A stretch of DNA of 64,000 nt from Octopus sinensis (Eukaryota): the NCBI RefSeq assembly GCF_006345805.1, contig NC_043014.1, forward strand, positions 28,954,001 to 29,018,000, written 5' to 3'. Of this stretch, positions 52,538-64,000 are shown piece by piece (the stretch's first letter is position 1; each line of letters opens with the position of its first letter). The notes under the pieces are model-generated. The model saw nothing but the letters and a program-made list of their open reading frames with translations. It made no database searches and had not been told where the DNA came from. The position numbers and the translations under genes were made by a program.

Positions 52538-52570
<33 letters not shown>

Positions 52571-52579
52571 TTCATATAC

Positions 52580-52610
<31 letters not shown>

Positions 52611-52834
52611 CTATATATATATAATATATACATATATATATATTTATATGTATATATATATATATATATATAATGTATATATATAATATATATATATTTT
52701 TTTTTTATATGTATATTATATATATGTATGTATGTATGCATATGCATGCATCTTTGTATATATATATATATATATATATTCATATATCACATATATATAT
52801 GTATACTCACATGTATACACACACATATGTACGC

Positions 52835-52872
<38 letters not shown>

Positions 52873-53494
52873 TGTGTATGTGAGCGTGTGTGTGTGTATA
52901 CTTTTCCTGAAATAATATAAGTTAACGCTGACTGATGTTGCACAAATATATATATGAATATATCGTGTACCGCTACAGAAGAAAATGACACAATCCCCAC
53001 CCTACAGTCACTTTACAGCATTTCTAACGCTTCTTGTTTCCTCACCGCCCCTTGTATTCCACACCGCCCCCTATTTTCTTCGCCGCCCCCTTGGATCTTT
53101 CCCCCACCCTGTGGGCGGTTGTACCGCCTACTTCGAGAATAACTGATTTATGCTTTATAGCAAGTATATGAACATTTTATTTCACTCATTAATAAAAAAA
53201 AAATGCGGTGTATGTTCTGTCATATAACACCTCCAATAAAGTATGTATCTGATTCTGTTTCATTTCTTGTCCATTTCTTAAAGTCTTTTGGAATATAGGA
53301 AACTTGAAAAAGAGGAAACACGGAAGAAGTGCTTCATATAAAAGCATTTTCCGTTTCTTTTATATTTTCTCCGGATGTAGGTGACAATATTCCTATACCC
53401 TTAACAAGCTCTCCGAGACCGAGGATTTTGGCAAGGTTAATGTTTCATTTGAAAAAACGGGAAACAGGTAAATATCGGCGGGAAAAAATCAAAG

Positions 53495-53735
53495 GTGGCG
53501 AACTGGCAGAATCGTTAGCACACCGGGCGAAATGGTTAGTAGTATTTCATGTATTTCATTTGCCGTTACGTTGTGAGTTCAAATTCCGCCAAGGTCGACT
53601 TTGCCTTTCATCCTTCGAGGTCGATAAATTAAGTACCAGTTACGCACTGAGGTCGATGTAATCGACTTAATCCCTTTCCCTGTCCTTGTTTGTCCCCTCT
53701 ATGTTTAGCTCTTTGTGAGCAATAAAGAAATAAAG
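53495..53735 (+). mobile_element. SINE family B, full length
   Basis: High identity to 29190-29420. Confidence 0.9.
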
Positions 53736-54273
53736 AAGTTCTCAATCAGGATCCATATGAATGACCCTTGTCGGGCCATGTCAGATCTGATGGGGATGTT
53801 CTCATTAACAACTGGGAAACTGGGAATCCATAGCAATATTTATATGTCCATGAAAACTATTGATTCAGATGCATTTATTGAAAGAAATAGCTCGCTTTTT
53901 CTAGCATTCATTTTTCTAAAATTTTAGATATAAGTTGTGCAACTCACACATGTTAATGTATGAAAAACAAAGTAAGAATTTTGGAAGAGATATCTATGAA
54001 GTTAGTTTTTAAACATCAATTTCTTATAGGGACCCACTTGAATGAAATAGTAATCAAAGGTGTCCATAGATTTTAAAAAATGGTTGGGAAGCACTGTTCT
54101 AGAGAAAAAAGGGATAGGCGAAATAGTCAGTGCAGGCGCTAAATACTCATACAACCGAAATAGCCTATCTGATATTTCGACTCTCACCAACCATCAGCCA
54201 GAACAACAGACATAACCCTACCTGGTGTATACTCTTTCAAGTACCTGATTCTATCGGAATCCTCATTCTACTT

Positions 54274-54327
<54 letters not shown>

Positions 54328-54435
54328 CCCCAATGAAGTTATAAGGTGTTACTCAGGCACTCAATTATGAGTCCAATGCATCTTATACCAGAAACTGCTG
54401 TAAGCTAGAATATATATTTTTTTCTCTCCTTGTTC

Positions 54436-54471
54436 CTTTCTGTGGAAGAGCGTAGGCTCGAAACGTAAAAG
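54436..54471 (+). ncRNA. Hammerhead-like motif with mutated core (CUGUGGA) in PLE-like repeat 54415-54575
   Basis: CUUU-CUGUGGA-A-GAGC(guag)GCUC-GAAAC-GUA|AAAG. Confidence 0.45.
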
Positions 54472-54577
54472 ACTTTTTCAATTCCCGAGCGTAATAGTAA
54501 TACATCTGTTTGGTTTCTACACCACCTGTCGTCGTCTTTTGCTTTTTTTCGTGAATTCTCCCCCTATTTTTGTGTGT

Positions 54578-54649
<72 letters not shown>

Positions 54650-55286
54650 ATGAAGCTCTATCACAGAATGGATTATTAGAAATCAGTTAGTAATTACTAA
54701 AGTAACATTCATATCGTTTTCAGTAGCTACATTCTATTTCCAGATCTTTATAATATAATTTCTGGATTTCACTGAGAGGTGCATTGTTGAGACTTATTAA
54801 AAGTATGGTGCAGTTTTTTTATGACACTTGACATTGATGTACAGCAATTGGCCTCCTTTTCCCTCTCTGTACAGGTTTGTCATAATCTCTGAGTATGGTC
54901 ATATTTCCATTCCTTGGGACTATCTCAAGTGAATGTTTATATCACCTCTTTTCATATGACTATATGTGTATATAACCAACGATCTTTCTCCTGACTTCTT
55001 CAGGCTCTATCATACCTGCTAATGTATTCTCGGTTGGCTAAAACTGAGAAGTCAGAAATAATGCAGTTAATTGTTTCTTTCCAAATTTCACATATACAGT
55101 TATGTAACATACACGTCTTTGTTATATATCTTTAAAGATTTCTGACGGTGCGGCTTAGAACCAGGCTCACAATCAAGAAGCCTTCTTTGTCTATCTATTT
55201 TCTTTTTAGTTCAGGTACTTTACATTTTTTGAAATAGTAAGCGTAATTATTAGACAACTATTTTTTACAAACTTACGATGTCTCAC

Positions 55287-55354
55287 CTTAGAAAAAAATC
55301 TCTTCCTGTTACCAACAAATGGCTTCAAAACATTTGAACGCTTACTCCATTGAT
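55287..55354 (-). CDS. Candidate exon, unknown protein ((D)QWSKRSNVLKPFVGNRKRFFSK)
   Basis: tcttttttctacttcag acceptor, AAG|gtgaga donor, one open frame. Confidence 0.3.
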
Positions 55355-55639
55355 CTGAAGTAGAAAAAAGATTAATTTTATTAATTTTATTCTACACGCA
55401 TTTTTTTTAATCAACAGTATTGAATTCTGTATTAATGAATTTGTTATTATAACTGCAGAAAGAGGTACTAAAACAGTTGTTAAGAACAAACAGAAAATAT
55501 AATACTGAAACCGATACTTATAAACACAGTCGATTTATCATACGAAAATGTAAATTAATACATTAACACAATCAATATTAATACCGTTCAGACTAAGGCA
55601 AATACTAGGCATCAGTTTTCTCTAAACAAAGCAAGAAAT

Positions 55640-56420
55640 ATGTCAGGATGGAGTGTACCTCTTTCCCATGAAATATGTTTGTGAATGAGGAGCTGGGGGA
55701 AGCCTGAGCAATGTTTGGCAAAATTTGTGTTCAAGCGGATAAGAAAGTGTCTGTCCTGATCTGTAAAACCGAAGACGAGGTGGGGAAAGACATAGAGAGG
55801 TGAACTGCCCTTGACTGGTCATAGTCTGGCGCAGAGGTACATGGGTTAAAAGAATGAGGGAATCACAGCCAGGAAATATAAAGAAATATTGGTACGGATG
55901 TTTATCCTTGACTTTCCATTACCTTTGAAGCAGAGCACAAGAAAGAAGTATGCGTGAAGATAACTTGCAACAATATGTGGTCGCTTGGGCCTTGAATGGA
56001 CATCCAGGTTCGATAAACTCCAAAAAACACAAGGCTATTGCGAATCTTGGATCCATTGATGGAGTAGAGATGTCAAAAACGTTGACAGTGCAAGAGATGT
56101 TGACCGGACTGTACACATGCAATTGTAGAGGTTACTGAAGATTCATCTCCCCAGATGGAGAGAAAAATGGGAAAAAAGTATTGATGAGAAATAGCAGTTG
56201 AGATAGCAGGAAAAGGAAGAGCAGGGCATAGAGGTGAAGAACATGGTCGTTGCTATCGCTCTTTCCAGAACATTAAAAGTTGCAGCTCGAAGAATAGATA
56301 GAAAAGAAACAAAGTCACTTGGATCACGATGAGATAGAGTCCTGAGAAACTGACGAAATTCCTCCTCGAGTACAGGACCGACTAGAGGCTACGAGCATCA
56401 TCACCATTTCAAGAGAAATA
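55640..56420 (-). mobile_element. Possible decayed DIRS-type (tyrosine recombinase) fragment
   Basis: Fragmentary frames DARSL..VLY, RSTS, MDPRFA..LCFLEF, KLSS loosely resemble the DIRS MT-like and YR N-terminal region. Confidence 0.3.
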
Positions 56421-56469
56421 TTTTTAAAAATCAGCGTGAAAAATATTGACTACGGAACGACATCAATAC

Positions 56470-56690
56470 TCTCTCTTTATACTCTTTTACTTGTTTCAGT
56501 CATTTGAATGCGGCCAAGCTGAAGTACCGCCTTTAGTCGAGCAAATCGACCCCAGTACTTATTCTTTGTAAACCTAGGACTTATTCTATCGGTCTCTTTT
56601 GTCGAACCGCTAAGTTACGGGGATGTAAACAAACCAGCATCGGTTGTCAAGCGATGTTGGGGGAGGGGGGGGCAAACACAGACACACCAA
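56470..56690 (-). mobile_element. SINE family A, 3' part
   Basis: Matches family body and tail. Confidence 0.85.
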
Positions 56691-56694
56691 CTTC

Positions 56695-56840
56695 AGGTTT
56701 CGGAAATACTCCATCCTCAGTTGTTCTTTCATTTCCTTTCCCATTATCTCTTTAAACTCCAGTACACCAAGGTATTTGTATATTTTCGTTTCAATTTGTT
56801 TAATCAAGTCTCTACTCGGTAATTCGATCCCTGCTAGGGA
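56695..56840 (-). mobile_element. R4/Dong-like RT C-terminal fragment
   Basis: GIELPSRDLIKQIETKIYKYLGVLEFKEIMGKEMKEQLRMEYFRNLK (YKYLG motif). Confidence 0.65.
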
Positions 56841-57311
56841 CTGTACTTATGCGTCTTTTCAGATTATTCCGCACTTCTTGAGTCCAAATTCCCTTTTAAT
56901 ATCAGTACAAAAACAGTGGACAGTGTTCACTAAGTAACTCACTTGTGTATGATCTTTGCCATACGGTTTCAAATCGTCCATTTGTTTGTGATTTTTTCCT
57001 TTAGTTTAATTTTCCTAAGTATCAAGGCATTTTGTCCGTCTATACGTTCTGGGCTCAAATACCACCGAGGTCGACTTTGCCTTTCAACCACTTGGTGTCG
57101 ATGAAATAAGTAACAGTTATGTACTAGGCTGTATGTAATTGACTTCTCCGTCCCCTCAAAATCTGCTGGGCCTGGGCCAAAATTTGAAACCATTATTGTT
57201 AGGAATCGATTAATGCTTCAGAGAGTAACATTATTGTGAATTTTATGGATGTGATATTTGTGGTCGTAATTGTCATGATTGTGCTAGTGATAATGTGGAA
57301 CCGAGACAGGT

Positions 57312-57695
57312 GGAGGTGCAATGGCCCAGTGGTTAGGGCAGCGGACTCGCAGTCGGAGGATCGCGGTTTCGATTCCCAGACCGGGCATTGTGAGTGTTTA
57401 TTGAGCGAAAACACCTAAAGCTCCACGAGGCTCCGGCAGGGGGTGGTGGTGAACCCTGCTGTACTCTTTCACCACAACCTTCTCTCGCTCTTTCTTCCTG
57501 TTTCTCTTGTACCTGTATTTCAAAGGGCCAGCCTTGTCACATTCTGTGTGTCACGCTGAATCTCCTCGAGAACTACGTTAAGGGTACACGTGTCTGTGGA
57601 GTGCTCAGCCACTTGCACGTTAATATCACGAGCAAGCTGTTCCGTTGATCGTATCAGCTGCGACCCTCATCGTCGCAACCGACGGAGTGCTCCTA
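57312..57695 (+). mobile_element. SINE head C plus tail 2, full length
   Basis: tRNA-like head (tggcccagtgg A-box, ggtttcgattcc B-box), body, tail 2. Confidence 0.9.
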
Positions 57696-59003
57696 AGGAA
57701 CCGAGATTGCTTTTGTGATTGTCATTGTGTCTGTCGTTGACCTTATTACAATTAGTGTGGTAATCCAAGAAATCTATTAGGAGTCTGTCCGCTAGAAGTC
57801 ACAAATACAAGTAAAGATACAACTTAAAGCGTCTTTATTAATGATTAGCTTTCTGTCTGACCTAAACTACAATATTTAAGGGTGAACACAGATTTGAACT
57901 GTTATTTCTCGTATTAATGGGCATTCTTTGTGTAGGGAAATTTAATGCTAATGATTAAGCTATTTTACTTTTTATAAACTGTTTTATTAAATAATCTTTT
58001 GTCACCAAAGTGATAATCGCTGTATAAAATATCATGCAACCATATTATTTAGAAAGAAATGCTTTTATTTTTCATTACCCCATACTGGTTTATGGCTGGT
58101 TATTAAATTGAAGAACATTACATTTTGTGTGCATTTTCTTTCTTTTTTCTTTGTCTTATTCTTTTTTTGCTCCTTGCACAAACCTCAATTTTAGCTAGAA
58201 AGAATCTTAGCATATATGTTTGCGGTTGAGAAAATTATGGTGTTTAGGAAAGGATTTTGTCATATAAGCTATCATGTGATTTAGAGATAATAACTTTTAT
58301 TGCTAAACCCATTTTCCTTCTTTGCATGAAGGAGTACTTTGTATTACTATTTTTCATGACATTTATATATTGTTTATCTTATATATTGTGCACAAAATAT
58401 AAGCCACATAATCAAATTCAGGCGTAACCTTTGCGGATTAAAATGATTCCTTAAAAAAATTGAACATTGAATTCACAACACATACATACACACGTCACAC
58501 ATACACACACATACATACATGCATACATGTATACATACATACACACACAGATACATATATATATAAATACACACACACACACACAAGTACACACACATAT
58601 ACATATATACACATAGATAGACAGAAAAACAGACAGACAAGCAGATAGATAGATATATAGATATGCTTGTTTCACAGTCTATAGATGGAAAAATATAAAT
58701 TCATGCTTACAAATGCACTCAAATGTATTTGTATACACGAGTATACGATACACACTATATGTACACAGCACTTGTAAACTTAGAGTGTGTATTATGCATA
58801 CATATACACACAAACGTAGTATGCATGTGTGTGTGTATATATATATATATAAAATTCCGCCGAGGTCGACTTTGCCTTTCATCGTTTCGGGGTCGATAAA
58901 TTAAGTACCAGTTACGCACTGGAGTCGATGTAATCGACTCAATCCATTTGTATATCCTTGTTTGTCCCCTCTATGTTTAGCCCCTTGTGGGCAATAAAAA
59001 AGT

Positions 59004-59111
<108 letters not shown>

Positions 59112-59112
59112 A

Positions 59113-59262
59113 AAGAGACACCACCACGCTGGAAATAGCTGTCAAAACTTCACTCTAAAACCACATTAGATGTTCATACAGCACTTTCTGAAGCCGTATG
59201 AACATTTAATGCGGTTTTAGAGTCAAGTTTTGACTGCTATTTCCAGCGTGGTGGTGTCTCTT
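59113..59262. mobile_element. 150-bp palindromic MITE-like hairpin
   Basis: aagagacaccaccacgctggaaatagc... arms of about 70 bp with a short loop. Confidence 0.8.
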
Positions 59263-59379
59263 AGATACCCTAAATTATAATTTTAAATAATTATTACCTT
59301 TGAAAGGTTTTTATTTCCATGCTGGCCACTTGATAAGTTCGATATTTAAATAACGATCTTATCCTTATTTATATAAATT

Positions 59380-59632
<253 letters not shown>

Positions 59633-60098
59633 ATAAATAATAAGGGTGGCTTATTTGCAATTTAACAACCGAAAGGCAGAAATATATATGTCACTAGAAT
59701 GACTAAGGACGCTGGTCAGCACCAGAGTTAAAACAATGTATAGCCACGAGAAAGCACTTATCGTAATGACTGACAGCATCCGAGTGTAGCCAGATCACCA
59801 GTGATTTCGCATTTTAATTAATGCTCGTCAGTGGCTTTCACCCAACGCCTAGGATTAAACTCAACTTGTCTTGTCAGTTAATAGACCACCATAGAAATAA
59901 CACGCTTGTTTCATAAATAGTAAAAGTGAAAATTATGAATATTAAGGGTGGGTTATTCGCTTAAATGTCTTGCTCAAGAACACAACACGCAGCCCGGTCC
60001 GGGAATCGTACTCACAACCTCATGATCGTAAGCTGGACGCTCTAACCACTGAGCCATGCGCCTTCACTTTATATATATATATATAAAGAGAGAGAGAG

Positions 60099-60493
60099 AG
60101 AGCAAAAAGAAAATGGAAGGGATCAATAGGTGGTTCATCAACTTTTAGACATTATATTATACCAACTTAATTACAGGAATATACATACATGTATAACATA
60201 TTATGCTTTAGATATAAAATATATTAATATATAAAGATACCAGTAATTATTAAAATACAGGAATATAAATTGGGAAATTTTCCAATTTACATTCCTGTAT
60301 GTTATTTTTCAATAATTACAGGTATCTTTATATATTAATATATTCTATATCATATATGTAAAACATAATATGTTATACACGTATGTATATTCTTGCAATT
60401 GTCATTTTAGTAGCTAAATAAATAAATTGACATAAAATAATGTCTAAAAGTTGATGAACCACCTATTGATCCCCTTCATTTTCTTATTGCTCT
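60099..60493. mobile_element. About 395-bp near-palindromic foldback element
   Basis: Arms pair from agagca..gaaaatg.aggg.atcaataggtggttcatcaac through to the centre aattgggaaattttccaatt; one insertion in the right arm. Confidence 0.8.
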
Positions 60494-60778
60494 ATAAGTT
60501 AATGGTAAAATATCTCTTTACCTTCACCCATTTAATACACTCGGTAACTTAATTGCAATGCAATAAAAAAACGCGTGTTTATAATTGGGTATTCTACCAG
60601 CAGTATATTGGATAGATATTATCCCTTAGTTGGTTGGATTCACAGCCTATAACTTATTTGGAAATATATATATATATATATAGTTAATCCAAACAAGATA
60701 ACACAAAAAAAACACAACAACGCGAGGACGTGGAACAAATATAGTATTATTGGACACTCGGGAAAGAAGGGAAAGAGG

Positions 60779-60813
60779 GTTTAACGTTTCGAGCGGAGCT
60801 CTTCGTCGGAAAC
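60779..60813 (-). ncRNA. Minimal type I hammerhead motif, CCGACGA variant, in PLE-like repeat 60672-60870
   Basis: GUUU-CCGACGA-A-GAGC(ucc)GCUC-GAAAC-GUU|AAAC; paralogue of 40884-40918. Confidence 0.65.
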
Positions 60814-60871
60814 ATAGGAGAAGGAAAGATCCAGAGAAGGGAAGACAGAGGAAAAAAAATCGCCAACGATA

Positions 60872-61277
60872 CGGGGTTGCCCAAAAGAAACTGCAATTTT
60901 GCAATATTATTTTATTCGCTTAGCTTTACATATTTACACTTTTATCGCCTTCAAAGTATTCTCCATTTGAAGCAATGCATCGGTCCAGACGCGTTTTCTA
61001 CTGTTTGAAGCATGAAGACTGTTTCGGCCACATTTTTCCCCAGCAGAACACAAAATTTCACGCTGTTCCTTCGTTTCAGCCATCGCAAAAATTGACAAAC
61101 ATGGGAGAAGCGTACGAAATAAAAACGTACTACGTGGCTGTAGGACTACACCAGCTGATGCCGGTCGGCAGACTGATGCCTAAGAGTCGCATCAAGTGGC
61201 TTCTAGCGGCGGAAGCTTGAACTACAACGGGTTTGTCCCACAGAGACCATACCCTGTTACTTTTGGGTAACCCCTCG
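60872..61277. mobile_element. Mariner-derived MITE
   Basis: TA-cggggttgcccaaaag ... cttttgggtaacccctcg-TA. Confidence 0.8.
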
Positions 61278-61280
61278 TAG

Positions 61281-61318
<38 letters not shown>

Positions 61319-61534
61319 CCGTTGAATAACGTTAAAACGTGGTATGTATTTCACGTTTTTTATTATGATATTTTAAAAAAATTAATTTTTACAATGCTGA
61401 AGTGTGATAAACATTAAAAAATATCTTGTAACGTTCATGAAGTTCAATTAGCGCTTTCATACGTTCGTAGTAATCATCGGATTTGAAAATGGTTTTAAGT
61501 GGCTCTGCAGTAATCATTCTGGTTCTCAGTAGTC

Positions 61535-61800
61535 TGGGATCAAACTTTGCCTTTCATCCTTTCAGAAGCGATAAATATGATGCTTTCCTCTATAGACATA
61601 AGGCCAGAAAGTTGGTGATGGAAGTGGGAATAATCGATTACATCGACCCCCAGTACTTAACTTGTATTTACTTCATCGATACCAAAACGATGAAAGGTAA
61701 AGTCAACCTTGGCGGAATTTGAACTTTGAAGTCAAGAAGGACGATATACCGCTAAGCATTTCGCCCGGCGTGCTAACGATTCTACCAGCTCGCCTCCTTG
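61535..61800 (-). mobile_element. SINE family B with partial inverted fragment
   Basis: Family motifs on both strands. Confidence 0.7.
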
Positions 61801-62099
61801 GGGACGATAAATATAATGATACTCCCTTACTGGGATTGATTGCCTTTTTCTATTGTTACTTTCATTTTCTGTCATGCTGGTTGTGTTTCAGGAAAAAAAA
61901 TAGGTCAGTGTCAAACTTGCGGTAGGATGTGTTCCACTAGATTTTTTAAATGCCCAAGAAGCTGCTTGACTACAAAAAGGGACTAAAAGGGACTTAAAGC
62001 CCAAGACAAGACATATCGGTGTGTGTGCGTGTGTGTGCGTGTGTGTGTGTGTTTGTGTATGTGTGTGTATGTGTGTGTGTTATTAACTCATATAACTAG

Positions 62100-62425
62100 C
62101 CCTCCGTCGGTTGCGGCGGCGAAGGTTTCAGTTGATCCATTCAACAGTACAGCTTGCTCGTGAAATTAACGTACAAGTGGTTGAGCACGCCACAGACACG
62201 CGTAACCATTTAATTAGTTCTCAGGGAGATACAAGGTAGCACAGAATGTGACAAGGTTGGCCCTTTGAAATACATGTACAACTTATTTTTGCCAGCTGAG
62301 TGGACTGGAGTAATGTGACATAAAGTATCTTACTCAAGGACATAGCGCGTCGCCGGGTAATTGAACTCAGGACTTTACGTTAATGAGCTGAATGCCTCTA
62401 ACCACTAAGCCATGCGCCTTCCATT
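62100..62425 (-). mobile_element. SINE head D plus tail 2
   Basis: Matches 4630-4950. Confidence 0.8.
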
Positions 62426-62480
62426 CATACATTAACGTATACATTTTTGTACACAAGCACACACACGATGTATATAGAAA

Positions 62481-62541
<61 letters not shown>

Positions 62542-63154
62542 TGGATGTCTTCCTTTACAGAAATATCACGGAACATTTACCAAATTATGCTATAGTGTTA
62601 TCTTCGTATTTTAATAAAGACATTTTATTTGTTTAAACGATGATGGTTGTGAAGGAATCCTGTGAGAGAAAAATGTTTACTGTCTCCATGGAAAATTGAC
62701 ACCGCCAGTCAATGAGCTGTTACTAAATGTGTTGATATGGAAGATCATACAACCTGTAAAGAGATCTCATGGTATAGAGCATTGCGTTAATAGATAGGTG
62801 GAGCACTATTTGTTAACGTCCTTACAGTTTGTGTTATTTAGTATCATCCCCATGTGGTGCTGGTCAAATATATGTTTTAAAATATCCAGTTTAAAGTTAA
62901 GCTTATCCAATAAACAAATATTATGAGATTATTCCACAATACAAAAGATATGGAGTCTGTTTTGATCTTATTTTATTAATTGTATATTTTTTAAAATGTA
63001 GTGAAGATATACAAGACCATAATAATGGTAAATATTTATCACAGTAAGGTATTTTAACATGTTGCTATTGATAGGTTCTTACACTATGGTAGTGGTATGT
63101 ATATGTGTGTGTGTGTGTGTGGTGTGTGTGTGGTGTGTGTGTGTGTGCAAACAT

Positions 63155-63630
63155 CTTGAGTTTGCCAACGTTTACTCGATCGCTACAACAACGAGGGCAA
63201 AGAAATTTTGAGCAGTATAGTCACAGAAGATGAAACATGGGCCCATCATTATGAGATAGAATCCAAAGGAGAGAGTATGAAGTAAAACATCCCGGCTCGG
63301 CGGCGACGAAGAAATTCAAGACTAAATCTTCCGCGGGAAATGTAATGCTAACTCTTTTTGGGGACTTAAAAGGGTGTATATTGGAAGGCTACCTCGAAAA
63401 GTGGTGTAGGATCAACAGTGCAAGATATAGTTCTTTGTTGGCCAACAAACTGAAGCCAGCAATGCGTACCAAATGCCGAAGCCCATTGTCGAACAAAGTT
63501 TTGTTGTTGCATGACAATGCACACCCACACATAGCTGCCCAGACCGTTGAAACCTTTAACAAATTGGGTTTCGAGGTGCTGGTAAAACATGCCTACAGAG
63601 CAGACCGCTGGACCAAGTGCATCGAAAAGG
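63155..63630 (+). pseudogene. Mariner (DD34D-type) transposase fragment
   Basis: CQRLLDRYNNEG..ILSSIVTEDETWAHHYE.ESK..SM.*KHPGS...KKFKTKSSAGNVML....LLLHDNAHPH; third catalytic D region deleted, jumping to RWTKCIEK. Confidence 0.9.
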
Positions 63631-64000
63631 AAAGAGACAGAACTGATTTATCACTGACTGGATAATCAAATACTGGTGTCGATTTGTTCGGCTAATTCCT
63701 CCAAGGCTGCAATCCAAAGACTGCGACTAGTAAAAGGAAGTAAAAAAATTATTTCTCTGATATAAATACTATATTTAATGTAAAATTCATTCTTGAACAA
63801 CAGTTTCTGTCGAGAAATTCTGGGATGACACAATACTGAGTACTCTATATTCTGATGTTTATGTATAATTTGTATTGTATAAATTAATAACATTTCTTGA
63901 GACATTATTTGGTATGAATAACAATAAATTGGTAGATATTTTTTATATAAAGCAAATTATTTTGAGGAGATTAATATATTGAAAAGGTTATGTTGTTTAG

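Noticed and set aside
57312-57385. tRNA gene
   Set aside because: A and B boxes are present but continue into a SINE body; no complete cloverleaf

Overview
AT-rich, very repeat-dense eukaryotic DNA; the repeat families look like those of an octopus (inference). No complete protein-coding gene is recognisable. Most ORFs in the supplied track are translations of (TA)n, (CA)n, (AGAT)n and (CAT)n microsatellites. The window holds many tRNA-derived SINEs (families here labelled A-D, with modular heads and tails), non-autonomous Helitrons, MITE/foldback elements, mariner remnants, and decayed retroelement fragments (CR1/L2-like, RTE, Hero, R4/Dong, Penelope-like GIY-YIG, possibly DIRS). The main find is a set of hammerhead ribozyme motifs in Penelope-like terminal-repeat remnants: seven near-complete type I motifs, several with variant cores, plus degenerate type II- and III-like scaffolds. 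Two of them lie 688 nt apart on one strand, a retrozyme-like layout. Also notable are a near-perfect inverted triplication with microhomology junctions (20.8-21.9 kb) and a LINE 3' end whose tail matches that of SINE family A. Frame-compatible candidate exons of an unidentified host gene are present at low confidence. All calls and coordinates were made by eye; repeat ends are approximate.
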